IMG/VR virus record: IMGVR_UViG_3300009378_000005
Span: 56,159-76,158 of that record
Direction: 5' to 3' (one strand)
Length of the DNA: 20,000 nt
Source: an uncultured virus (IMG/VR IMGVR_UViG_3300009378_000005)
Taxonomy: Duplodnaviria > Heunggongvirae > Uroviricota > Caudoviricetes
Shown here: positions 8,801 through 15,555 of the stretch, piece by piece
Numbering within the stretch: position 1 is the first letter of the stretch
Layout of the letters: every line of letters begins with the position of its first letter
Notes under the pieces: model-generated
What the model was told of the DNA's origin: nothing
Databases searched by the model: none
The model's input: the letters and a program-made list of their open reading frames with translations, nothing else
Translations under genes and position numbers: made by a program

Positions 8801-8974
8801 TATCAGCTCTGGAGATATCCCTTGCGTCTTTGAATGAACAATATCACCGCCGACGTAGATGACATCTGGATTTAATTCTGTAGCAATCTTAAAAAAGGCT
8901 GCAAATGACTCTCGATACTCGTCGTGGCGTGAAAGTCCACGCCAGTGAATATCTCCTAAATGTATGACTTTCAT
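5837..8974 (-). CDS. Fused Mre11/SbcD nuclease and Rad50/SbcC SMC-type ATPase (1045 aa)
   Basis: Metallophosphoesterase motifs GDIH, GGD, GNHD, FHG and ADIH. Then Walker A GKNTKGKS, Q-loop-like ASQGQ, a long K/E-rich coiled coil with central PCGDEFSSC, signature ASGMEK, Walker B/D-loop LIIDEGFGALD, and H-loop VISH. Confidence 0.93.
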   Translation of the reverse strand: MKVIHLGDIHWRGLSRHDEYRESFAAFFKIATELNPDVIYVGGDIVHSKTQGISPELIDNICWWFRELSSIAPVHVILGNHDGLLLNKSRQDAISPILSALNDPNIYLYKDSGTYPIVDHPGFSWNVFSCFDEPGWKDVKPTDDDVNIALFHGCVQGSKTDSNWELEGEITANFFDDYDYALLADIHYVQFLTDDKKIAYCGSQIQQNYGESVGKGFLFWDIRGKDDFDVSFHEIPHSKPFITIDWKGSVKKTLIESAKYPNGSRFRIRSDQSMTQATSRQVQNELLTFKSASEVVFKSETTFNSSEINNKKSVSGDNLRDAKAQKRLIREYYDNISHRKGTFDKFDNLIDKYLSQIVLEDERLRNVRWQINNFKFNNTFAYGSGNMVNFDNLPGITGIFGKNTKGKSSIIGSLMYGLFNTTDRGPIKNIHVINNRKNSCSSTIEFSMNGKKFRIKRKTVKNTTKKNDTYATTSLYLYEIDDAGDIVSDLSGEQRRNTEKIVRNMIGTSEDFLMTSLASQGQMNTFIREKATARKMILTNFLDLDIFDKLHDFAKNDSSDTRSKARLMKHEDWDSLIDDQTSIIEKNKESLVNTESTIKTKREILERLSIELATTGGIDIVTPSDVKDHREKVNKNKDELECYERDLRVLSDNLKKENERMLRIKCVKNDFPIKKLRESLASQTSLEKSLLSLEHECEVQKNILSRQKRSVKKLLDVPCGDEFSSCKFIKDSHKDKKSIESQKLAVSSMSKNLTKATKAFEKIKLENVEDKIKKFDKISEKEAEILRKISSFEVERGELQSKISNSERIVDENLKILDDMLIRVVDEESSSECIKLKSNISSLRDEIERLDEKRLSCSNEIARANVEITRLKSEKSEFNKIRRDLKMYDMFIQAMSKKGIPLQIMMSQLPLINDEILKILQGVTGFTVELVADPASNAMDIFIDYGDSKRIIELASGMEKMMASLAMRVALINVSSLPKTNMLIIDEGFGALDETSIEACSRLLESLKKWFKNIIVISHVDAIKDAVDNSLEILKNEKDTMVFHG

Positions 8975-9001
8975 ATACTCAAATTTTGCACAAGTCCAAT
9001 A

Positions 9002-9031
9002 ATATTACACAACCTGTACTGGTATTTACAA
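9002..9031 (-). promoter_or_regulatory. Candidate sigma70-like promoter for the SbcDC fusion gene
   Basis: Minus strand TTGTAA-N18-TAATAT, with TGTG just before the -10 box, in an 81-nt AT-rich intergenic region. Confidence 0.3.
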
Positions 9032-9055
9032 AAACATCTCATCTAATAAATAATC

Positions 9056-10027
9056 TTAAAATGATGATCCACTCTGTAGCCTTCCTATTTTCCTTAAAAG
9101 AAAATCAGACATATTCCACTCAACTGCCTCATCCCTCTTAGCTAAAAAGTCTTTCTTGCTCATATCACCCACGTCTGTGTCTTCATCAAGGCTTACCATT
9201 CTAACATGACAGCAGTATTCTGACAATAGCCTTGCATATCTGTCTGTCTTGATCACCATGTCTGAGTCTAGCGCTAATAGAACTGGAGTGCTATTGGCTA
9301 TGATTCTTTTGAATAGCATTGATTTTTCACTAAGTGACGATCCTAAAAGACATGTTGCATTTGAATTACACTTTACAAGATCAAACGGGCCTTCGACGAT
9401 CGTTAGTTCATCATTCCATCTTATGTTTATCTCATTAAACACAATAGATGTCTTGTCTAGCTTTGAATTTAGATACTTTGGCCTTACCTTATTATCAATG
9501 GTTCTAGAAGAAAAGTAGTTAAGATCACCAAATTCATCAAATGATGGTACTATTATCCTTCTTCTGTGCTCGCCGGACCTGGCTGTTCCAAACTTAAAAT
9601 ACCAAAAGTCTCTATCTTTTAGACCCCTGCCATAGACATAGCTGATACAAGCCTTTATGTCAGGATCGTTACTATCAAGACTATCAGCGAGCAAGACAAA
9701 GTCATCTGGTAACCTTACACTCTCCTCTATGTCGTCTTCATGTGTAGGTTCCAGGCTTTTTCCTAAAAACTCTGACGCGTATTGTCTTGCAAGAGAGACA
9801 TCTATGTATCTCTTTATTATATTTTCGAGAGTCTTTCCCTTTGTACCACACACCCAACAGTGAAACTGCCACGTCTCTAGGTTTATCGAAAGCTTTTTCT
9901 TTCTCACCTGTCTACTGTTAGATGCACACGCAGGACACATCACAGCTATATTTTTTCCATCTCTTGCTAGTATTGCAGGACCAAACACCCTTTTAACAAA
10001 TCGAATTTTTTCACTTATGCTTTTCAT
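9056..10027 (-). CDS. DnaG-like phage DNA primase (zinc-binding domain plus TOPRIM)
   Basis: CPAC...LSIN...FHCWVC zinc module; RIIVP, YFSSR and PKYLN motifs; TOPRIM IVEGPFD and LALDSD; terminal DVGDM. Confidence 0.9.
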   Translation of the reverse strand: MKSISEKIRFVKRVFGPAILARDGKNIAVMCPACASNSRQVRKKKLSINLETWQFHCWVCGTKGKTLENIIKRYIDVSLARQYASEFLGKSLEPTHEDDIEESVRLPDDFVLLADSLDSNDPDIKACISYVYGRGLKDRDFWYFKFGTARSGEHRRRIIVPSFDEFGDLNYFSSRTIDNKVRPKYLNSKLDKTSIVFNEINIRWNDELTIVEGPFDLVKCNSNATCLLGSSLSEKSMLFKRIIANSTPVLLALDSDMVIKTDRYARLLSEYCCHVRMVSLDEDTDVGDMSKKDFLAKRDEAVEWNMSDFLLRKIGRLQSGSSF

Positions 10028-10057
10028 GTATAACTTTAAAAATATACAATTATTTCT

Positions 10058-10600
10058 TCACGTGTTCATATGTGAATATGCACTAGCGATGACATACGCA
10101 TCTGCTGAATCAAAGCACCCCTCTGACACAACAGTCTGCCCCTTTCTCGGTCCGCTTTTTAGCACTCTCGTCTCCCAGATATGATCAGGAATTTTTGATG
10201 ATACCCACTCAAGAATCTGTTCCTTTGTCGTCTTATCAGATTTTCTATCAAGCTTTAGCCCGACAGACTTTCTAGCAACGTTGACATTAATGTGGTCAGG
10301 CTTCATGTTAAACCTGTCGTAGCAGATATACGATATAATTCCATTAAATCTGGCAAGAGTCATTAATGTCTTAGCTGATGATAGCCCAGGTCTAAATGCC
10401 TGTAAGTTTTCTTCAATTAAGATTTTTTGTATCGCGTGTTTTTTAAAAACATCTGACAGATCGTCGGCAACCCTTGATGCCTTATCATACATTTCGTCTA
10501 TCTTTTTTAAAGAGATAAACCCAATATCGACAAGAGATCCGTCATAATCAATAACACACCAGCCTGTACAACTTGTTGAAACATCGAGGCCAAGTATCAT
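10058..10600 (-). CDS. RuvC-like Holliday junction resolvase
   Basis: RuvC acidic-residue pattern: MILGLDVSTSCTGW, ILIEE, and DSADAYVIA. Confidence 0.85.
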   Translation of the reverse strand: MILGLDVSTSCTGWCVIDYDGSLVDIGFISLKKIDEMYDKASRVADDLSDVFKKHAIQKILIEENLQAFRPGLSSAKTLMTLARFNGIISYICYDRFNMKPDHINVNVARKSVGLKLDRKSDKTTKEQILEWVSSKIPDHIWETRVLKSGPRKGQTVVSEGCFDSADAYVIASAYSHMNT

Positions 10601-10605
10601 TTTAA

Positions 10606-13452
10606 TTAAAAATCTTCCCTTATCTTAAAGAGCATCTCATCTGAGCGTCGCTTTTTAACAGGCTGTGCCAGCTTTACCTTCATTATAACATTTAAATTAT
10701 CATCGTGAAAGTTTATTCCGTCGATATATACAAACTTTGGATCATGATCATTTGCATCAAATGACGCTGACACAACCTGATACTGCGGGTTTGATGATGA
10801 ATTATGAAGACCTACGTCACACGGTACATTTATCGTTAATATGTGAGAGCTTTGCTCTCCCTTAAAACTAACCTTATACTGATCTTTTCCAAAGAACGGA
10901 ATGTTTGGAGATTTTATAAGAACTATCCCTTCATCATAGAAAATATTTCCTACGCTGGCCCACTTAGGGTGCGGCGTCAGGGAATCAGACCTGTAAATGC
11001 TTCCTTTTCCATTGTCACTTAATGTCATCTTGACGGCACCACTAGATCCGGTGACATCGTAGTCCTCTATCTTGAAGCTTCCAGGGAGTATTCTGTTTCC
11101 ATAGTATAGATTTGATATGTCAAATATCACTATCTCATTAGAGCTAACGTCTCTAGTTCTCTGTGCAACAGCAAGGCTTGCTATTTCAGGCGCTCCTGAT
11201 GCCTTTTCAGGTGTTGCACCGAGCAAAGTTTTTGCAAATGCATTACTGGGCACTGCCATGCCGTCATACCACAATCTTGGATTTCCACCAGACGCTATCA
11301 GTTTATCTATGTTAATTACGCTTAGATTAAGATCTCCAAGATCACCTTTAAACCGTGACATAGGCCCGCTAATAAGAGACTCAGGCAGCGTGCCACTTCT
11401 AAGGATCTCATAATCAGGAAAGAATAGACCGTTATCACACGGTAAGACAGTTAGATTTCTCTTTCTAGCTGATCCGCGGAGAACGTCTTCCCACTTTGAA
11501 TTAGAAACAGCTAGAGATCCTGTTGAGCTTGCATAAAAATACTCATTAAATGACCACTCTGTATTATCGCTGTGCGATCTGGCAACGCCGACATCGCTTC
11601 CTACGTTGTTTGTGGTTGTCGGGCCTGTTGAACCGGTTAACCTGTATAGGCGTGGGTGATTGTTTGTGATGAAATCTCTAACAAAGTTTTCAAGGTTTAA
11701 GACATGACCGCCGACTGCAAGAGACGCTGTGACGTTAAATGGAGTATTTGTCTGTGCAGTTTTATCAAAAAACGGTGTCTTAAGTATTTTTCTCGGACGA
11801 CTTTCCTTAACAAAGTATGGTGGAAGATAAAACAGCATGCTTCCTGTTGACGTCTGCCCGATAATAGATGCGCTGTGAACGATGTTATCATCAACATACT
11901 CTGTAAATATCTTTACGTCATGGATCTCAGCATTTAACGGATGGTTTAGCTCGAATCCTGAATCGCCTTTTGATCCTGTTGGGTCTCCTTTGAAGCCCAG
12001 GTCAACAACTCCCTCATTTGACGCCGCCGTCGAATTAAAAAATTTAGCTGAATTTGCCCCTGCCTCATTGTCATTTTGATCAATTACATCTGATCCGCTA
12101 TAATAGTTTCCAATAAATAAGGCACCAGCTGTTTTAAATGCTGTCGAACCAGCGCCAGGCTGTATTGATGATGAGTTTATTGTAAATGGATATGATGCAT
12201 CATCAACCCTTATGCTTCCCTCACCATTATTAAATAAATTCGTTCCCCATCTAATCGATATATGATGCCAGTGATTTCTCTGCAGTGAGTTATCTGGTGT
12301 GATAAACATCAGTCCAGACTCACTAGACTGTGGTGCAGCCATCGCTACCTGATTTTTATATTTTGAATTTGATGATGATACCTCAACGGGAATCTGTGAC
12401 GGCTCCCAGTGTTCACAGCTTTCTGCCAACTGAAGCAGTATCCTGTATCCTTTTGTCAGACCATTTTCATCACGCTCTGACCCTGACACAAGAGATATAG
12501 CATAGTTGTTTGGAAGATGCATGATGGTTCCAGGCTTGAAATCCTGATCTGATGCACCATTATGATATCTTGGATTTATATAGAAGTCAAATGTAAATGA
12601 ACCACTAAGTGTATATGGAGGAATTGTACTAAAAATCGGTACAGCGCTAGAAAATACTGCCCACCTGTACGGAACCATATTATCTGGGTTGTCTGATCCA
12701 CCTCTTGGATCTAGCTGCTTTCTAAGATACCCTGATCTATACGGTCCAAAGGTATGGGCAAATCCTGGGCTGAGAGATGTCACGGTGCTATACCCTCTCA
12801 ACGCACCTGAATTTGGATATATCAGTGCAGAATCACTAGGAACATTTGATGCTGTAAAAAAGTTTAATGAGTGATAGTTTGTATATGAGTACTCACAGGA
12901 ATCATACTTTGAACGATAAAATGGCATCAGTGAATTCTTGATCGTAGACTTGATCATTGATCCTGTAGACATCGCGGACTGCTCATATGCGTAAGCCATG
13001 TCAGAATTAGCATTTCTAACCTCATAATAGAAATCATTTTCACCATATCTTCTTATAGGGATCATCTTTCTATTTCTAGGGAGAACATTACCGCTATGAA
13101 CGTATGACATATATTCATCAATAACAGACGAAATATTGACGCTCTGTTGCTGTCTGGTCGCACTTAAAACCTGCCTTGACGCTCCGACAAGGTCATCCTC
13201 TGCTGCAAATCCTCCTAGACCCTGTGAGCTAAACGCGTTTTTGTTTTCTGCAGATATAGAAAAATCCTTGACATCCTTGATAAATGGACTAGGTCTAGCA
13301 GACACGCTAACAGACCCAGACATCTGACTGGGCACTGTGTGTGCATTATTTGAGCGATCACTTGCCTTTGACGACGAAACAAAAGTAACATCTGGATGTA
13401 AGGTTAAAGACGTATTCTCAAAGAATTCTGATAGTATCTTTATAAGAGACAC
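10606..13452 (-). CDS. Putative virion (baseplate/tail) protein with LamG/concanavalin-like domain, 948 aa
   Basis: GTG start behind GAGGT. LamG-like motifs FTFDFYINP, WHHISIRW, LFIGN and IHDVKIF. The C-terminal domain GNIFYDEG...NSSSNP...INFHDDNLNVIMKVKLAQPVKK...REDF is shared with the adjacent 423-aa protein. The ORF is certain; the function is inferred. Confidence 0.7.
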   Translation of the reverse strand: MSLIKILSEFFENTSLTLHPDVTFVSSSKASDRSNNAHTVPSQMSGSVSVSARPSPFIKDVKDFSISAENKNAFSSQGLGGFAAEDDLVGASRQVLSATRQQQSVNISSVIDEYMSYVHSGNVLPRNRKMIPIRRYGENDFYYEVRNANSDMAYAYEQSAMSTGSMIKSTIKNSLMPFYRSKYDSCEYSYTNYHSLNFFTASNVPSDSALIYPNSGALRGYSTVTSLSPGFAHTFGPYRSGYLRKQLDPRGGSDNPDNMVPYRWAVFSSAVPIFSTIPPYTLSGSFTFDFYINPRYHNGASDQDFKPGTIMHLPNNYAISLVSGSERDENGLTKGYRILLQLAESCEHWEPSQIPVEVSSSNSKYKNQVAMAAPQSSESGLMFITPDNSLQRNHWHHISIRWGTNLFNNGEGSIRVDDASYPFTINSSSIQPGAGSTAFKTAGALFIGNYYSGSDVIDQNDNEAGANSAKFFNSTAASNEGVVDLGFKGDPTGSKGDSGFELNHPLNAEIHDVKIFTEYVDDNIVHSASIIGQTSTGSMLFYLPPYFVKESRPRKILKTPFFDKTAQTNTPFNVTASLAVGGHVLNLENFVRDFITNNHPRLYRLTGSTGPTTTNNVGSDVGVARSHSDNTEWSFNEYFYASSTGSLAVSNSKWEDVLRGSARKRNLTVLPCDNGLFFPDYEILRSGTLPESLISGPMSRFKGDLGDLNLSVINIDKLIASGGNPRLWYDGMAVPSNAFAKTLLGATPEKASGAPEIASLAVAQRTRDVSSNEIVIFDISNLYYGNRILPGSFKIEDYDVTGSSGAVKMTLSDNGKGSIYRSDSLTPHPKWASVGNIFYDEGIVLIKSPNIPFFGKDQYKVSFKGEQSSHILTINVPCDVGLHNSSSNPQYQVVSASFDANDHDPKFVYIDGINFHDDNLNVIMKVKLAQPVKKRRSDEMLFKIREDF

Positions 13453-13471
13453 ATGACCTCACAATTAGAAA

Positions 13472-14743
13472 TTAAAAATCAAGTCTAACTCTAATTGTCA
13501 GATCTTTCTCATTATTTTTCTCAATTGGTCGGCTAAGCTTAGCCACAGCTAGCAAGTTATCATTGGCATCATACAGCCCAACAGATGTAAAGAATGAGAA
13601 TGACTTCTGTGTGCTCTCCTGTCCTGCCTCGATCACCTGTATGTCATTGCTAGAGTCAACATAGGTTGGATTTGCTGAGTAGTTGAACTCGTCAGCTGTA
13701 GCACGACAGAATATCAACGTAGAGTTAATGTTTGTAATATTTTGGAATGTTATTGCTGTCTGTGATCCTGAGCTGAATCTACAGCCACAGATATGATTGA
13801 CAATATCATCAATCGATGCCGACACCACTAGATCTGGAATGAACTTGGCATCAGCATTTCCGCTTAGATCTGCTGTTCCTCCCTGTGTTCCTCCTCCGAT
13901 AACCATCTTTCCTGTTCCGACAGATCCCGGATTATTCTCATTCATCGCTGAAATTGCACCAGAGACATGCTGTCCGCCAGACAAGATCTTCTTCATGTCA
14001 AATATGGCTGTTCCTTGCTGATAAAACAGCACACCGACTGACTCTGCAGTATTAGCAGCATTAACAATATTTCCAGCTGATCCTCCAAATGTAGTCTCTT
14101 GATTTGATGCTGCCCCAATGTCTGCAAATATCTTTGATCCGCTTATCGTCGTTCTGTTGAGATTCGTATACGCCGGTCCTGCAACAGATCCATTTCTAGC
14201 TGTTGTATCCTCGGTATCAATGCAAGCAGTTGCAAAGAATCTCATAGCAAAGCTCTCACGCTTTATCTGATCTCTTGTAAACAGACGCTTAAAGTTAATA
14301 AACATCGCCTCATCTATTCCGTCTTCAGATCCAGCGTTGCTAATTGGTGCTGTAAATCGTGCGCTTGCATCACCAAGAAGAAGCTTTGCATGCTGCCTGT
14401 AGATGTCAACTTTCTCTCTCATCATCACTGACTGAGATGGGAATAGCAGCTTTCCTGCTGAATCCTGCCCTGTCGCAGATCCTGTAACTGTTGCACTGCC
14501 GCTATAGAGGCCCATCGTTATATCAAATACCGGATTTGATGTTTGTAATGTGAAATCTTGATCATGCACTGTTTGGAATAGTGACGACGTTACACCTGGA
14601 CCTATTCCGCCTGTAACAAATACCTGATATTTTTTTCTTGTTGTAGACCCAGATATATCTTCCTGGATCACATCAACAAGTTGATTTAGAAATGATCTAC
14701 TTGTCTTAATGTCTGATGCTGCTATTTGTTTAAATGTAGCCAC
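13472..14743 (-). CDS. Putative virion (baseplate/tail) protein, 423 aa
   Basis: GTG start behind GGAG; Gly/Ser/Thr-rich. C-terminal GVLFYQQG...NYSANP...VGLYDANDNLLAVAKLSRPIEK...RLDF is paralogous to the 948-aa neighbour. Confidence 0.7.
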   Translation of the reverse strand: MATFKQIAASDIKTSRSFLNQLVDVIQEDISGSTTRKKYQVFVTGGIGPGVTSSLFQTVHDQDFTLQTSNPVFDITMGLYSGSATVTGSATGQDSAGKLLFPSQSVMMREKVDIYRQHAKLLLGDASARFTAPISNAGSEDGIDEAMFINFKRLFTRDQIKRESFAMRFFATACIDTEDTTARNGSVAGPAYTNLNRTTISGSKIFADIGAASNQETTFGGSAGNIVNAANTAESVGVLFYQQGTAIFDMKKILSGGQHVSGAISAMNENNPGSVGTGKMVIGGGTQGGTADLSGNADAKFIPDLVVSASIDDIVNHICGCRFSSGSQTAITFQNITNINSTLIFCRATADEFNYSANPTYVDSSNDIQVIEAGQESTQKSFSFFTSVGLYDANDNLLAVAKLSRPIEKNNEKDLTIRVRLDF

Positions 14744-14758
14744 TTAAAGAACTCCAAC

Positions 14759-15460
14759 CTACGAAATCTGAACTTTGAAGCTTGTAAATGCACCTGAATT
14801 CATGCCAGATATCTCTACAACCTTTTCTACAACTGAGCCGCCTTTCTGCTTATATGTCGTGTGAACTGAATTTGACACAGATTTTGCCTGGACTGTCATG
14901 GTTAAGGCGCCTAAGTTTGATGTGTTTGTTATGGGATCAGCAGGTATAATGTATGTTGCAATGTTATCAGCGTTAACAGAGTCAGGACCTCCTACGCCGG
15001 GAATTGACAAAAATAGATTATCTATTGTCACCTTAAACGAAGCATCTGTTAGCTCTGGTGCCAAGACACCTCCACCTGACACAGCTTGCTCAACAGTCAC
15101 CTTCTTTGATATGTCACCTGCAGTTGTTGACCTTGTGAGTGAAAGCGTGCTATCTGACACACCTGTGAGCGTTAAGTTAGGAAGCTTTGTCAAATTTGGA
15201 TTGCTAATGCTTACCAGCCTGTACTTTTGTCCAAGATTTCCCCTAGTTAACGCTTCAAGAACTGGTGTGTTCTTTTCAATCTTTTCCTTGCCGACGGTTC
15301 TACCAAACTTTTTAATAATTGAATAGTCTATCTCATCATCCCCTAGTGCAAATTTAACAATAGAAAATGATCCGTCATTTCTCGCTAGAAATTGACGACC
15401 GACATCTGTTAAAACAGCGTCGAGAATAATGTTGTTAGTCGAATGATCAAGATACCCGAT
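14759..15460 (-). CDS. Putative virion structural protein (233 aa) with probable non-canonical ATC start
   Basis: The frame of track ORF 14759-15193 stays open to a TGA at 15476-15478, adding GYLDHSTNNIILDAVLTDVGRQFLARNDGSFSIVKFALGDDEIDY.... This extension has no in-frame ATG, GTG or TTG. AAAAAGAGGTG lies 4 nt before ATC-GGG-TAT (ATC at 15460-15458). Confidence 0.8.
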   Translation of the reverse strand: MGYLDHSTNNIILDAVLTDVGRQFLARNDGSFSIVKFALGDDEIDYSIIKKFGRTVGKEKIEKNTPVLEALTRGNLGQKYRLVSISNPNLTKLPNLTLTGVSDSTLSLTRSTTAGDISKKVTVEQAVSGGGVLAPELTDASFKVTIDNLFLSIPGVGGPDSVNADNIATYIIPADPITNTSNLGALTMTVQAKSVSNSVHTTYKQKGGSVVEKVVEISGMNSGAFTSFKVQIS

Positions 15461-15479
15461 GATACACCTCTTTTTTCAA

Positions 15480-15550
15480 CAGGCCGTGCCTGAACTTCTA
15501 TCAATAATTATACAAATCTTAATTATTCACAGTAAATAGAATTATTTATC
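15480..15550 (-). promoter_or_regulatory. Intergenic control region of the ATC-start gene
   Basis: On the minus strand, in order: GATAAATA (15550-15543), TTTACT-N18-TATAAT (15536-15507), hairpin CAGGC-ACG-GCCTG (15492-15480), then the Shine-Dalgarno. Confidence 0.4.
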
Positions 15551-15555
15551 TATCT

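Noticed and set aside
2905..11897. Short alternative-frame minus ORFs 2905-3135, 4554-4742 and 11697-11897
   Set aside because: They are nested out of frame inside intein 1, the terminase and the 948-aa gene, with no independent coding evidence.
14759..15193. The track's 144-aa version of this gene, starting at TTG 15193
   Set aside because: There is no Shine-Dalgarno at that TTG, and the frame extends 89 codons upstream to a strong Shine-Dalgarno.
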